A stretch of DNA of 52,856 nucleotides from Albugo candida (lineage: Eukaryota). The DNA lies in assembly GCA_040437565.1 (NCBI GenBank), contig JBDOQK010000089.1, forward strand, positions 1-52,856, written 5' to 3'. Made by a program: the position numbers and the translations under genes. The notes beneath the pieces are model-generated. The model made no database searches, was not told where the DNA came from, and worked only from the letters and a program-made list of their open reading frames with translations. Positions 1-11,432 of the stretch are shown piece after piece (within the stretch, counting starts at the first letter, position 1; each line of letters begins with the position of its first letter).

Positions 1-2664
1 CTATCGTCCTATTGCCTTGATATGCGTGGATGTGAAAGTGCTGTCGAAGGTACTCGCGTACCGACTATAGCAGGTGCTTCCGAAATTGATCCACGAGGAC
101 CAAAAAGCATTTCTACGAGGACGTTCCATCCATCATCACATTCGGTATATGAGTGATGTGCAGGATCTAGTCACATATCGTGATGAAGAAGCATACGCAA
201 CATTTCTCGATTTTGAAAAAGCGTACGATCGAGTGGATTGGTCGTACATGTATGCGGTTTTATCGAAAATAAATTGTGGAAATTCGTTCATCCAGTGGAC
301 AAAGCCCTTGTACACCAACACGAGTGTATCGTTGTTGCTGAATGGAACGCTTTCGCCAAAAATCACTCCGTCGAGGGGTGTTCAACAGGGTGACCCACTG
401 TCCGCTTTTCTCTTTCTCACGACGATTGAGCAGTTAAGGAATTTGTTGCGGAGGAATGAAGGACCTGGATTATGCATCACTCCAACGAATACAGCAACGA
501 GTTTATTTTTTGCGGACGACTCGACCTTAATATCGTCTTCGCTCAGTGGAGTGGAGGCGCAGCTCGAGATCGTTCAGAAGTATTGAAATGGTTCAGGAGT
601 AAAGCTTAACTTGTTCAAGTCCACCTTGCTTCCACTGCATCGACACCACGTAGGTCAACCGTTTGCCCATGTGAAAGTACTCTGACCGAGCGCGTCGCTG
701 AAATATTTGGGAGTTTCATTTAGTCAATCACCCGTTGCTGATTTGATGATCGAATTCTTAGAAGATCGTTTTTATGATGGGTTTCGTCAGTGGTTTCGTC
801 GAGCCAGAACAGTTCGTGGAAGATTACTGGTGGCACAAACTATGGTGTTATCACGTTTATGGCATCCTACAACTCATTTCAACATCCCGCAACATTTCGT
901 TCGACGCTGGCAATCGATGCTCAATTGATTCGTTTTTAGTCGGAAGCATGAGCGCGATTCAACACACGTTCAACTGATCAAGTCGGACGTTTTGTACCTA
1001 CCTCATTCAGAGGGTGCCTTTCAGGTTCCGATTATCTCAACACAACTGAAGAAACAACGCTTTTAGTGTTTACAACAATTTCTACTTCATTCCAGTACAG
1101 CTTTACCCAGCAACTGGACACTTCCCGGAATGGAGACTACACGAAGCATTTTGCCTGATTTTGGGCCATATCGATCACTCGATATCCTCACGACATCACC
1201 ACGTCAGCATAGGACCTTGGTGCATTGGAATATAGCGTCACCATGGTGGAAGCAGACATGTATTTGGTTCCACCAAAGTCATTGGGATCTTAGCGACAAA
1301 GAACTATCACAACAGGAGCGATTTCTCACGATGTTGGATTCTCCCATATGGTTTCATATCGACCCTCATCTGCATTTTGAGAAGAGACGACGGTCAACGA
1401 GTGTCTCTGCTCATCGTCGATGTCTGGGAATGGTGCCCGAACCAGCGCGTAGTTTTTGGAAGCGCTTCGCTCAAGCGTTTCAAGTATGGTCTCTACGTGA
1501 CTTGTTTGGTGGAAGAAACGGACTGGTTCGCCTCTGATCTCGAATTCATTTTGCGTTTTAGTACAACGGAGGTTGGGTAGCCGTCCGATCAGTCTCAATC
1601 GAAGTGTTTACGCCGGTTGTACGTCGAAGCAACGCAAATTCTGCGACTAGCTCAACCTGCTGGCGTATTACGCTGTTCCGTAAGGGCAATGGCACACGCT
1701 TGTCCGGTTCACTTAAGTATTCAACTCTCGGAAAAGAACGTTTTCTTTCCGATGATACCTCGGAACAAGCTTTATCGAGTCGTTGGGAAGGCATTGCCAC
1801 CGGATAAACCACACTCAATGTTGCTTCACGTATCAGAACGTGATCGAAGTGGGGCGTCAACATGGGTAAAAGATTTTTACAAGTTATTCAAACGTCTTCG
1901 CAGACGTTTGCTACCGATCTATTCGGACGTCCAGTTCCGGCTATTTTTCTGTATCCTACCAGTTCGAGCACGATTTTGGGTTTTACAGCAATCACATCCA
2001 GACATCATCCTGTGCACTCAGAAGCATTGTGGTGCGGTCGAAAGCTACCAGCATTTGTTTTTCGATTGCAACAGAACAAGTCCAATTGGGGAAGAGCTCT
2101 TTCCGTGGTGGACAATCTTCTTCTCTGTTCGCCCGCGATGGTCACACATCGCGTGTGCACGGATTCCTGCACTTCATGATGCGTGGCATCCTTTTCGAAT
2201 GGTGCTGGATGATCTTTGGTTTACATTAGTCGCGGTCGCGATTAATTTTATTTGGACGGATCGGAATCGCAGACTTTTCGCCCACGGCACTTCGACGCCA
2301 ACTGCCCCAGCTGTTTCGGTGATGTATAGCACACTGAGTGCCCATATCCGATATTTTCAACGGCAGTGCTATAATACGGAGCAGCTCGAGCAGTTGACAC
2401 AAGTATTAGCGTCTTATCAACATACTGGTTCAGCCAGGAGGTATTTCTCTACTCGGCCCAGCCTGCTTCAAGTTCGACACCGTCAACGAGTCTAAGTCGG
2501 TGATGCGGGGTGTTTCTAACACAGTACTATCTTAATCCAGTCGCTGAACCTAGCTGTGGCTTTCTAGACCAAAATTGCATTCATTTTGTTTATTTATTGT
2601 AGCTTAGGCATTAGAGAAGTCATTTACGTCTGATTCTAGTAATTTAGACAACTTCAAAAAAAAA
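1..2664 (+). mobile_element. Degenerate non-LTR retrotransposon (LINE, L1/Tx1-like) ORF2 remnant: RT plus C-terminal Cys/His (zf-RVT-like) region, 5' end outside the window
   Basis: ORF 74-586 carries RT motifs FLDFEKAYDRV, RGVQQGDPLS and FADD. It continues through stops and frameshifts (707-928, 1130-1537, 1617-2495 with CTQKHCGAVESYQHLFFDC and IWTDRN). A short 3' UTR ends in an A9 run at 2656-2664. Confidence 0.9.
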
Positions 2665-2700
2665 CAGAGTACAGCTTACAACTTTCTCTTTTTCCATTCT

Positions 2701-2930
2701 ATTGGTTAATAAAGCCTTTCTGAACACAACGAACGACCAGTAATGTATCTTTTTTTGCCTGACGTCTGAATTTTTGACGTAGAAAATTCAGAAGAACGAT
2801 GACGATCACCCCTTCTTTCTGCGGAAATTATTCAGTACGCTGTTTCTTTCTATGGAAAAATGACTGGTTTGAATGAGGCCCTGCTAATTTATCAATCTAA
2901 GGATTGAATTCATTTCTCATTTACAAATTG
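2701..2930 (+). promoter_or_regulatory. Putative promoter of the intact CCG-like gene: inverted CCAAT (ATTGGTTAA, 2701-2709), conserved GTACGCTGTTTCTTTCTA (2835-2852), Inr/FPR-like CTCATTTACAAATTG (2916-2930)
   Basis: Similar motifs recur upstream of the paralogues. CTCATT..CAAATT resembles the oomycete Inr-FPR core promoter consensus (imperfect match). Confidence 0.5.
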
Positions 2931-2937
2931 TCTGGTC

Positions 2938-4707
2938 ATGGTGCGTCAGAATTGGCTCCTCCTTTCTGCTCTCTTACTGCTCAACACGGTTACTGATGCC
3001 ATCGATCAAGTAATAATCACCGCAACATTATCTCGAAATGGTAATCTAGGCAAGTGCCAATCTTGCCTCACAGATATTGCCGGCGTGGAACGACTTTCGC
3101 TTGCTTCTAATCCTACGCTCAACCTGCAACAAGTGCCGATAAGATTACGATTCCAAGCGTCTGGTAATGCTTATTCTTTCATGAGAGCTGAGCTCGATTG
3201 TCAAAGTGATCGCACATGTGGCTTAATAACAATGAAAGGTCTTGAGCCCACGAAGAATAGAAATGCCGGTACATCAGAAGCGCTGTGCATTTTCACAGAT
3301 GTGCAAACAAGTTATGATTGCGGCATTTGTCTCAAAATGACGAGCGGCTCTCACAGCATACAAAAATTCCAACTGAGAAGCATGTTTTCACAAGAGCTTC
3401 ATTTGCATGTGCTATACACAATTCTACGAGATAATTTCACCCCATGCGAAAACTCGGGCGTTTGTAGCGGATCCAATATTGAAGTTTCTGATGCTGCTTG
3501 TAACTTTCTCGTCAAAAAGCTATCCATCCCTGACTTCGACGCATCCACGGAAAAGGTCGTAGTCGAAAAAAAGAACGTTCGATCAGGGAATACATTGTAT
3601 CAAAGTGTCGAACCGATCTATGGGAGTTTGAATTGGAACTCAGAATGCTATCAGGTTTTCGCGACGATCGGAAAATGGACAAAATGCCTCAGTTGCATAG
3701 CGCAATCATCATCTGGTATTGCTGTACTTTGCAATGTTGGCACCTTCAATGGAGCATCAGGAATACATAGTCGGCAACTTATCTCTCTTGTATCCGAAGT
3801 TGATCCCAGAAAAGATCATAGCCTTTTCAGTGACTGCGTAAACTCGTGTGGATCGATAATCCCCAAAGGAAAAAACGATTGTGCCGAAGCCTTTATCAAC
3901 GCCATTGACATTTCATCCTCCGTCGGCAAGATCTACGCCAATATGCAACTTTGGTATCATGAGAAGGGTATAATGGCTTCAAATGAAGTGCCTCTATCTC
4001 AAACTTCGAGTTGTTTGTGGATAGAACACGAGCCAAAGTATGCTGATTCCTGCATGTCTTGCCTGAGTCTAGTATTTCGAGAAACCGCCCGAAAACTTTC
4101 ACGGACTGAATTTTTGGTTTTATTGAAAAAAAATTGGGAAAGTACCATCATCTCGCAATGCATTTCATTCGGATCTCCGCCGGAACAGAAATTATGCAAA
4201 AAAATGACGACTATTTCCGAACAATTCTGTCGGTCTTTGGAAAGTGCCCCTCGTCAGTCAGATGCTATGGCTATTTCGCATACATCTGCGACGAACAGCT
4301 TTCAACCTGTTATTATAGGAAGGCCAGGAACTCCAACTTTGGAATGCTTCACTTGTCTCACGTCAAACTTGGATATTTTGATCACAAATTTACATGTTTT
4401 CTGGATGGTGGCTGCTCCAACAAATGAGAATTGTCTCATGGAGTGTGGAGTATTACATCTGGGTGCTTCACAATTGTTGGATGTCTCTTCAATTCGATCA
4501 ATGTCCTCGGATTCAGTCAGAAAACGGTTCGATTCGATGGAGGCAGATCAAAGTCATTCTTTTGCTGGCAATGCTGGAAATCATGCTACCCAACGTCAAA
4601 GAAAGGATAAGGGTAAAGCGTCACAAAATGAGGGAGCCGAGCGGGACGCAAATGCACACTATCCTCCCTTTCTGAATACTTTTATGGACGGGAAAATGCT
4701 CAATTAG
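2938..4707 (+). CDS. Secreted cysteine-rich CCG (CHxC)-class effector candidate, 589 aa, five tandem Cys modules (copy 1, intact)
   Basis: Uninterrupted 589-codon ORF. Hydrophobic signal peptide MVRQNWLLLSALLLLNTVTDA. CQSCLTDIAG (aa 40-49) matches the Albugo CCG motif CxxCxxxxxG near the N-terminus. Further CxxC at aa 128, 250, 372 and 470. Five paralogues in the window. Confidence 0.88.
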   Translation: MVRQNWLLLSALLLLNTVTDAIDQVIITATLSRNGNLGKCQSCLTDIAGVERLSLASNPTLNLQQVPIRLRFQASGNAYSFMRAELDCQSDRTCGLITMKGLEPTKNRNAGTSEALCIFTDVQTSYDCGICLKMTSGSHSIQKFQLRSMFSQELHLHVLYTILRDNFTPCENSGVCSGSNIEVSDAACNFLVKKLSIPDFDASTEKVVVEKKNVRSGNTLYQSVEPIYGSLNWNSECYQVFATIGKWTKCLSCIAQSSSGIAVLCNVGTFNGASGIHSRQLISLVSEVDPRKDHSLFSDCVNSCGSIIPKGKNDCAEAFINAIDISSSVGKIYANMQLWYHEKGIMASNEVPLSQTSSCLWIEHEPKYADSCMSCLSLVFRETARKLSRTEFLVLLKKNWESTIISQCISFGSPPEQKLCKKMTTISEQFCRSLESAPRQSDAMAISHTSATNSFQPVIIGRPGTPTLECFTCLTSNLDILITNLHVFWMVAAPTNENCLMECGVLHLGASQLLDVSSIRSMSSDSVRKRFDSMEADQSHSFAGNAGNHATQRQRKDKGKASQNEGAERDANAHYPPFLNTFMDGKMLN

Positions 4708-7589
4708 GCGTGTATCCATTGAAAACCCATCTTCGAGGTACGCTCATCCATCAGGTCATTTCTAGTGCTCTATCGGTAATAAGCATTACTTTAAAATATT
4801 TTCTTCCCATCTCGCAACCTCCAGCACTTGAACAATACAAAGTGAGTATTCGAATTGACTACTGTATCGCCGACTTTGACTTTAGTTTGCGTCATGTTGC
4901 TCCAGCTTTAAGGAAAAGATGACAAGAGACATCTCACGAGAAACGATCAAAGTTCGATGTATGATGCCTTGCACTTAATTCGATACATGTCATCTTTCCT
5001 TTGGGCGGAAATGAGCCTTATGTAGAAAAATAGACATTCGCGTGACCACTTGAACTCTCGAGATTCAAACCTAATCTTTTAAACAGCTATTTTGCACCCT
5101 TCTCGATACTGCAAAAAGGTGAATCATAAATCGAGTCAGCATCCATCAGGATGGTAGCACACGCCTTCATAATTTTGCTGGCTAGAACTGCCACATCGTT
5201 AGTGCACCTCCACTCAAAGCAAGCGCTGCTTTGAAGGCATATGTGAGCATCTGCTTCCTTTTATTGACGATAGTTTGGATCACAGGTTGTTGATCAGAAT
5301 CGATTGTATCTTTGATGCGCTATGAGTCCTATAGTAGTATTCATGTATGTGCTGGTGTTCATGTCACTCTGTCCAAGTACATCTGCTTCACTGCACGGTT
5401 TGGCAGTAGGAAGTCTGTGGTATCGCAGCCAACCCTCTGCCGATGAAGAACGAAGATCAACATTTCTCCTCCATCTTTCTCCAACTTATTACGGCATCAA
5501 AACAGGCGCTTCCTGATTACTCGTGGCTTTGCCCACGTCGAGGCCATACAGTAGTTAGCTCATAAAGTGCTAGATTTGGAAATTATGATGTAAAAAAAGT
5601 GAGCATACGTTTCGTTGCCTTCTATCATTCTTTCTCACTTTCTTAACCTCCTCTTCCCATACCGTCCTGTGCGTCTTATATCGCGCAGATCTCTACGGCT
5701 GCCGAAATTTGCAAAATGGTACAACTCGAATACGATTTTCTCAAGAAGCTGGTCAGATTACAAGGACCTAGAATCTCATGTGTATCCAGCCTTTTCAAAA
5801 GTCTTCAAGTATGAAGTGACTCAATGCCAAATGACATTTCATGTGAGACAAGTCAGCGATAGTAGCGATAGTAGCGAACGTCTGTTATGGCCAATATTAG
5901 TGCTTGAAGTGTTTCTTCTCGCTATTCTTTTGTCAAATTTACTCTGTCGTGTTTCGTCTTACTTATTCCTACCTGTGCGACTAACTTGCCTTTCAACTGC
6001 TATACGTACTGCTCTGATTCGTTTGAAGTCGTTTTCCACTTTCTTTGACGAAAAGACTTCATTTGTTTTCTTCTCGAATGTTGACCTATATCTACCAGAC
6101 TCTTCATGAGTAGCGAAGAAAGCGTCGCGCGTTTCCGAAAGCTTCTGTACATCGCGTATCGATAGGTCTGTTTCACGATGACCTTAACGTGTGGATTCAT
6201 GACTTATTTGCACATAGTCAAGGAAGACATCGCTATATTTACCCTTACTCTCCACCTTGTCTCACAACAGTGACCGGCTAATACGTTTTGTCATACTTTC
6301 TTAGTTGATCATCGCGTTCATTGAGTGATCCAAAATACTCATGAATACGATGTATATGAGGTGAGATGTGGTGTAAGGTCTAAAAACCGTATACGCGTCC
6401 TTTATTCCTTATATTACATAGTCTAGCAATCCAATTGTTCTCGCACGATCTTAACGCCGGATCCAATGCTTTCAGCATCACCCAATGTCATATCTGACCT
6501 TCCACACTCTTGACATTTTCTTTTCTTTAGCGCTTATATGGATGCGCCTCTGAGTCAAGGACAATTGTTCCCGATGCATTTCAAGTAGTTTGGGAAGCCA
6601 TCCTTATTAATGCTCATCTACTCCAATAGATCCAGCGTACGTCCAGTCACTTGAATATCAATACGTACATGAAGTATTAAATTACCTTAGCAAGGAAGAA
6701 GACGGCGCAGCCGAGTGGTTCAAAAAAATCTGAAATCCAGACCATTCGTCACATTTCACTGACACATGATTGTCAGTCCCGAGGTAGAGTAACGGTAGGG
6801 TAACGGATCAGTGGTGCGAACAAAAGCCTAACCAAAGCCAAATCTGTGTTGAGTAGTGATTCAATGCCGATGCAGCACTTACAGCTTCAAGTCAAACCAA
6901 TCGAGTTAGAGTATCCGATTGCTTCGGATTTTCAGTTGACGCATAATGCAAATCGTATACTATAAACAAAGAGATTCTATCACGAAGTACGAGAAGAAAA
7001 TACTGAAGCACTGGCTGGACGTTCTATACCTTTCTTACTAAATCAGCTATAACGCTGTTGGATCTGAAAACATGACTGTACAACAAACGTATACAGTATT
7101 GCGGAGTCTTGCTCCAAATTATTCACTTAACAGATCTAGCGATTGTGTAGGACCGATAAGAGGGGATTTACCGTTGCGGAGTCGACCTTATTTGATTGTA
7201 GAAAGCCCAATGGTGATGCTGAAGCCTCATTGATATGAGTGCATTCATTTCCACCGAAAATGAATAAGGATTCACTTCGAATTGTTTGCAATGATGGCCT
7301 TCATCAGATTGAACGCACAAAAATCAAGAATGCGAAAAAAAGTGAAACGTCTTGCATTCGTTAATGCAGAAGTGTTATAAAATTGTAAAATAAGATCTGT
7401 CACCTTTCTCTAAAATTGACGCTCGTGTTCTTATTTTTCTGGAAGCCTGAGCATCAGCACACAGCAAACAAAACCGAACTCTGCTTTTACACTAGTCAAT
7501 TTAGATACTCTTATCTACACTGTCCAGGGGCTACAGGTTACAAGATGATAAGATATTTTTTCCCAAGCTGTATTCGATACTCCTGACTA

Positions 7590-9602
7590 TCAAAAAAGGA
7601 CCAGAGGAATACCTGTACCTGATAGATGGTTGTTCGAATCGGTAGAATCCCAATCAAGCATATTCGCGTTACCATGGATTTTCTCATAGGGAAGCGAGTA
7701 TCTTTCCACGTTTATCTCGGCTTTGCCTCCGTGTCTCTCGATTCTCATCCTACCCTTGAGGTTCATTACAGTCACTAGGAGGCATCTCCCCACTCTGCAT
7801 GAGCCCGCTTTTCTGCGCCCCTTGATCCGCGTAATGTCCCACATGATCGATATCATTTCCTTCATATAAGCGACTTCGCTTGGTTCTGGCATTCGAATAC
7901 GTTCCCGCATTTTGTTTTTCACGTCATTACTTTTTTCTTGAGCCTTACCACCCCGCCGAGTTTCATCGCCGAAGTTATCCTGACTTCCCGCGGAAACCTG
8001 ACTTCGCTCCCTTCCCGTTATATAATATCGAGCAACTACTGACTTCGACGGTATCGGCCGAAGGGAAGAGATGTCCAATTCCCCTTTATCAACCATATAT
8101 AAGGTTCCACACTCCGCGGTACAATCGACTTTTTTTGGGAGCACCCATCTTCCAGATACTCCTGGTTTCGATAAAGTCGATGATAAAAATGTCCAATCTG
8201 GAGGTGAGACAAGCATAACAACCTAGAGTTGGATTAGCTAGCCATCCTTGACTCACTGGTTGTTGATTTATTTCAGATGGACCGCTATTCTCCAAAGGTG
8301 CTATACCGAAATGGTAACACAGTTTCTAAGGAACATTGTTAACTTTTTTGCATAACTTATTCATCCACTCAAATCCGAATGAAATGCATTCCGAAATGGT
8401 AAACATATTGAACTTTCTTTTTGATGAGATCAGAAACTCAATGTGCGCAAGTGCAAGCAAGTCTGACATTGTTCGCGATGCTCCTCTTCGTGTTCTACCC
8501 ACATACAATTTGTGATTGTAAGTTGATTCGATGAATCCTGAACGGATGGGTTCCTCGCTGAAAAATGTGCAGCCATAATGTAGTAGAGCTTGTCCTGGGA
8601 AACTGAATTGTCAATGTTCTCGTTAGAAACTATTCCACATTGTCCCGTAGCTTCCGGCATAATCGGTCCGCAAATCTTTGAACATTGTTGCCCAAAAGAT
8701 GGAGATTCTTCCGATATCACGAAAAAGTACTGCACGTTTATTCCAGGATGTCCTTCAAATCCATTTTGGTTGTCGATATCATAGAACAGTACCACCATCC
8801 CAGAAATTTCAGTCGCTATGCAGCCAAGGCAGTCCTTTCGCAGTTCAGTAGCCGCGGAAGTCCGATAGCATAGTGATTTCCATTTTATACTCTCGTAAAT
8901 CGATCCGATCGCGAGATGAAAAAAATCCTGCGAAGCATAATCATTCCCATCTTTTTCAATATTCCCATCGGGTTTTGCGAAACGAGCGCTGAATAACTTT
9001 CTGACAAGATGCTTACAAGGATCGCCACCAACTTCAGCCGTGTACCCAGTACATATACCGACATCACACATGGCTCAAAATTTCTACTTCGACATGTATG
9101 TAGCACATGCAAATAGTGCTCCTGTGCATTTTTGGTTACCAGGTAGAGCTTTCGTATGCTTCGGGAATCACTCGTCATTTTCATGCAGCTGCCGCATTCT
9201 GCACTCGTTTGCGAATCTGTGAGTACGCATAACGCTTCCAACGTTGTCGGTCTAATATCGCTCGACTTTGAAGAAGATACAGCGGTGTTCATATTTTCAG
9301 GATGTGTCATTATGATGGAGCCACATATACTTTCACTCTGACAGTCTATTCCGGCTCTTATAAAGAAAAAGCCAGGCCATACGCGTCGAATTTTGCTGTG
9401 GTAAGCGATGGATTTGAGTTGTGCGTATGGGTAGACGCAAGCGAAAGACGATTAATTCCGGCAATTTCTGTTAGGCAGGACTGGCACTTGCCTAGATCGC
9501 TTTGGAGACTAAATGTTGCGGTGATTATTAGTCGCTGATTGGCATCAGTACCCGTGTCTAAAAGCGACACAGCACAGAAAAGAAGCCAGTGTTGTGGAGC
9601 AT
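7590..9602 (-). pseudogene. CCG-like effector pseudogene (copy 2)
   Basis: ATG at 9602 is frameshifted against the signal peptide (QHWLLFCAVSLLDTGTDA). Fragments in ORFs 9358-9627 (CQSCLTEIAG), 8885-9310 (CGSCMKMTS), 8430-9071 (CLGCIATEISG, CMWVEHE..CQTC), 8089-8295 (CYACLTSRLDI) and 7590-8216 (CTAECG, ERYSLPYEK..NANML) are collinear with copy 1. Confidence 0.88.
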
Positions 9603-9894
9603 GGACAGCAATTCTTTTTTCCTCCAAAGGAATTTGTGATGAGTTACAAGTTGAGAATTGTACGTCAGAGAAAAAGCGAAATATGATTGGTCGTTTGTTT
9701 TATGGTTATTAACCAATTAGAAAGATAGAAACATATATGGAAATGGGTATTGTGTCAGTATGCAGAGAGAATAGTGATATGTGATACGCGATCACCTTTC
9801 TGTATTCACAATGCATTTTCAAGATGTCTAGTCAAAATGTAAAGGAATTCATGTAGTGGAACTGTCTCATGGAAGTCATGTGGAAACATCTAGC

Positions 9895-11432
9895 GTGGAT
9901 TGAGAGAACCTTGATTCTTTAAAATGTACCAATAGAATAGCTAGTGAAAGCATCTAGTGAGACACAAAACAGAAAAAAGACGCACGTTAGAGGCCAGGGT
10001 GCGCCTTCTTATACGTAACAATGGTCACATCGAATGAATAACCTGTAATTATGGATACTGATAAGATATGACAGGACCCCATTACATTGGATATTCTGAC
10101 TGCATGCAAGAACGCATAAGGAACGATAAAGGATGCTCTTACAGTATACAGCTGAACTAGTGAGGTAGTAGAGGTTAGCTACAGGTAAAGTGAAACATAA
10201 TAAAACGGGCATGTAAAAGTGCTCAGGCAACATGCACTTTATCGCCTAGTATAGCTTCTGTTTAGTTCTTTGGCTGATTGTCATCGTCTCCAGGATGAAA
10301 TGATCATTGGTTTTCGTGTCATCGAATAGCAGTATATACCTGAAGTATCATCAACTTGCATAGTGTAGCAATTGAGGAAATTTTATATAATCTTTACTCC
10401 GGATGTAACCGAATCTGAACCACCTGTGTCACATCTGACCTCCTGCACTCTTAGTCTAATTCGGTTTTTACTGACGTCGTCGTTGGTACTGGTATCAACC
10501 TTATACCGGCTATGAATGTAAGCATATGCTTTTAAGCTATAGCGGTAGTGCATGTATCTCATTTGTCTTGGATGCATCGCTGGGTGAAATGATTTGCATA
10601 TTAGGATCAGATTNNNNNNNNNNNNNNNNNNNNNNNNNNNNNNNNNNNNNNNNNNNNNNNNNNNNNNNNNNNNNNNNNNNNNNNNNNNNNNNNNNNNNNN
10701 NNNNNNNNNNNNNGTGGATTGAGAGAACCTTGATTCTTTAAAATGTACCAATAGAATAGCTAGTGAAAGCATCTAGTGAGACACAAAACAGAAAAAAGAC
10801 GCACGTTAGAGGCCAGGGTGCGCCTTCTTATACGTAACAATGGTCACATCGAATGAATAACCTGTAATTATGGATACTGATAAGATATGACAGGACCCCA
10901 TTACATTGGATATTCTGACTGCATGCAAGAACGCATAAGGAACGATAAAGGATGCTCTTACAGTATACAGCTGAACTAGTGAGGTAGTAGAGGTTAGCTA
11001 CAGGTAAAGTGAAACATAATAAAACGGGCATGTAAAAGTGCTCAGGCAACATGCACTTTATCGCCTAGTATAGCTTCTGTTTAGTTCTTTGGCTGATTGT
11101 CATCGTCTCCAGGATGAAATGATCATTGGTTTTCGTGTCATCGAATAGCAGTATATACCTGAAGTATCATCAACTTGCATAGTGTAGCAATTGAGGAAAT
11201 TTTATATAATCTTTACTCCGGATGTAACCGAATCTGAACCACCTGTGTCACATCTGACCTCCTGCACTCTTAGTCTAATTCGGTTTTTACTGACGTCGTC
11301 GTTGGTACTGGTATCAACCTTATACCGGCTATGAATGTAAGCATATGCTTTTAAGCTATAGCGGTAGTGCATGTATCTCATTTGTCTTGGATGCATCGCT
11401 GGGTGAAATGATTTGCATATTAGGATCAGATT
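9895..11432. other. Assembly artefact: 719-bp exact duplication (9895-10613 = 10714-11432) around a 100-N gap
   Basis: Identical sequence and identical ORFs abut the gap. Same pattern at 32078-32143/32244-32309, 34467-34735/34836-35104, 44045-44274/44375-44604 and 50146-50449/50550-50853. Confidence 0.9.

Noticed and set aside
74-586. RT as part of a prokaryotic retron, group II intron or DGR system
   Set aside because: Motifs, downstream domains and poly(A) end are those of a eukaryotic LINE; there is no operon-like context.
5322-5516. 64-aa ORF with a signal-peptide-like N-terminus (MSPIVVFMYVLVFMSLCPSTSA)
   Set aside because: Short, with no effector motif and no preserved equivalent ORF in the duplicated flank near 48 kb; cannot be supported without expression data.
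5615-6109. 164-aa plus-strand ORF
   Set aside because: Non-ATG start, and not kept open in the paralogous segment at 48450-48850; probably the antisense of a decayed unit.
9895-11432. Apparent recent 719-bp tandem duplication with duplicated 74-aa ORFs
   Set aside because: The copies are identical and abut a 100-N gap; all five gaps show this pattern, so these are unmerged contig overlaps.
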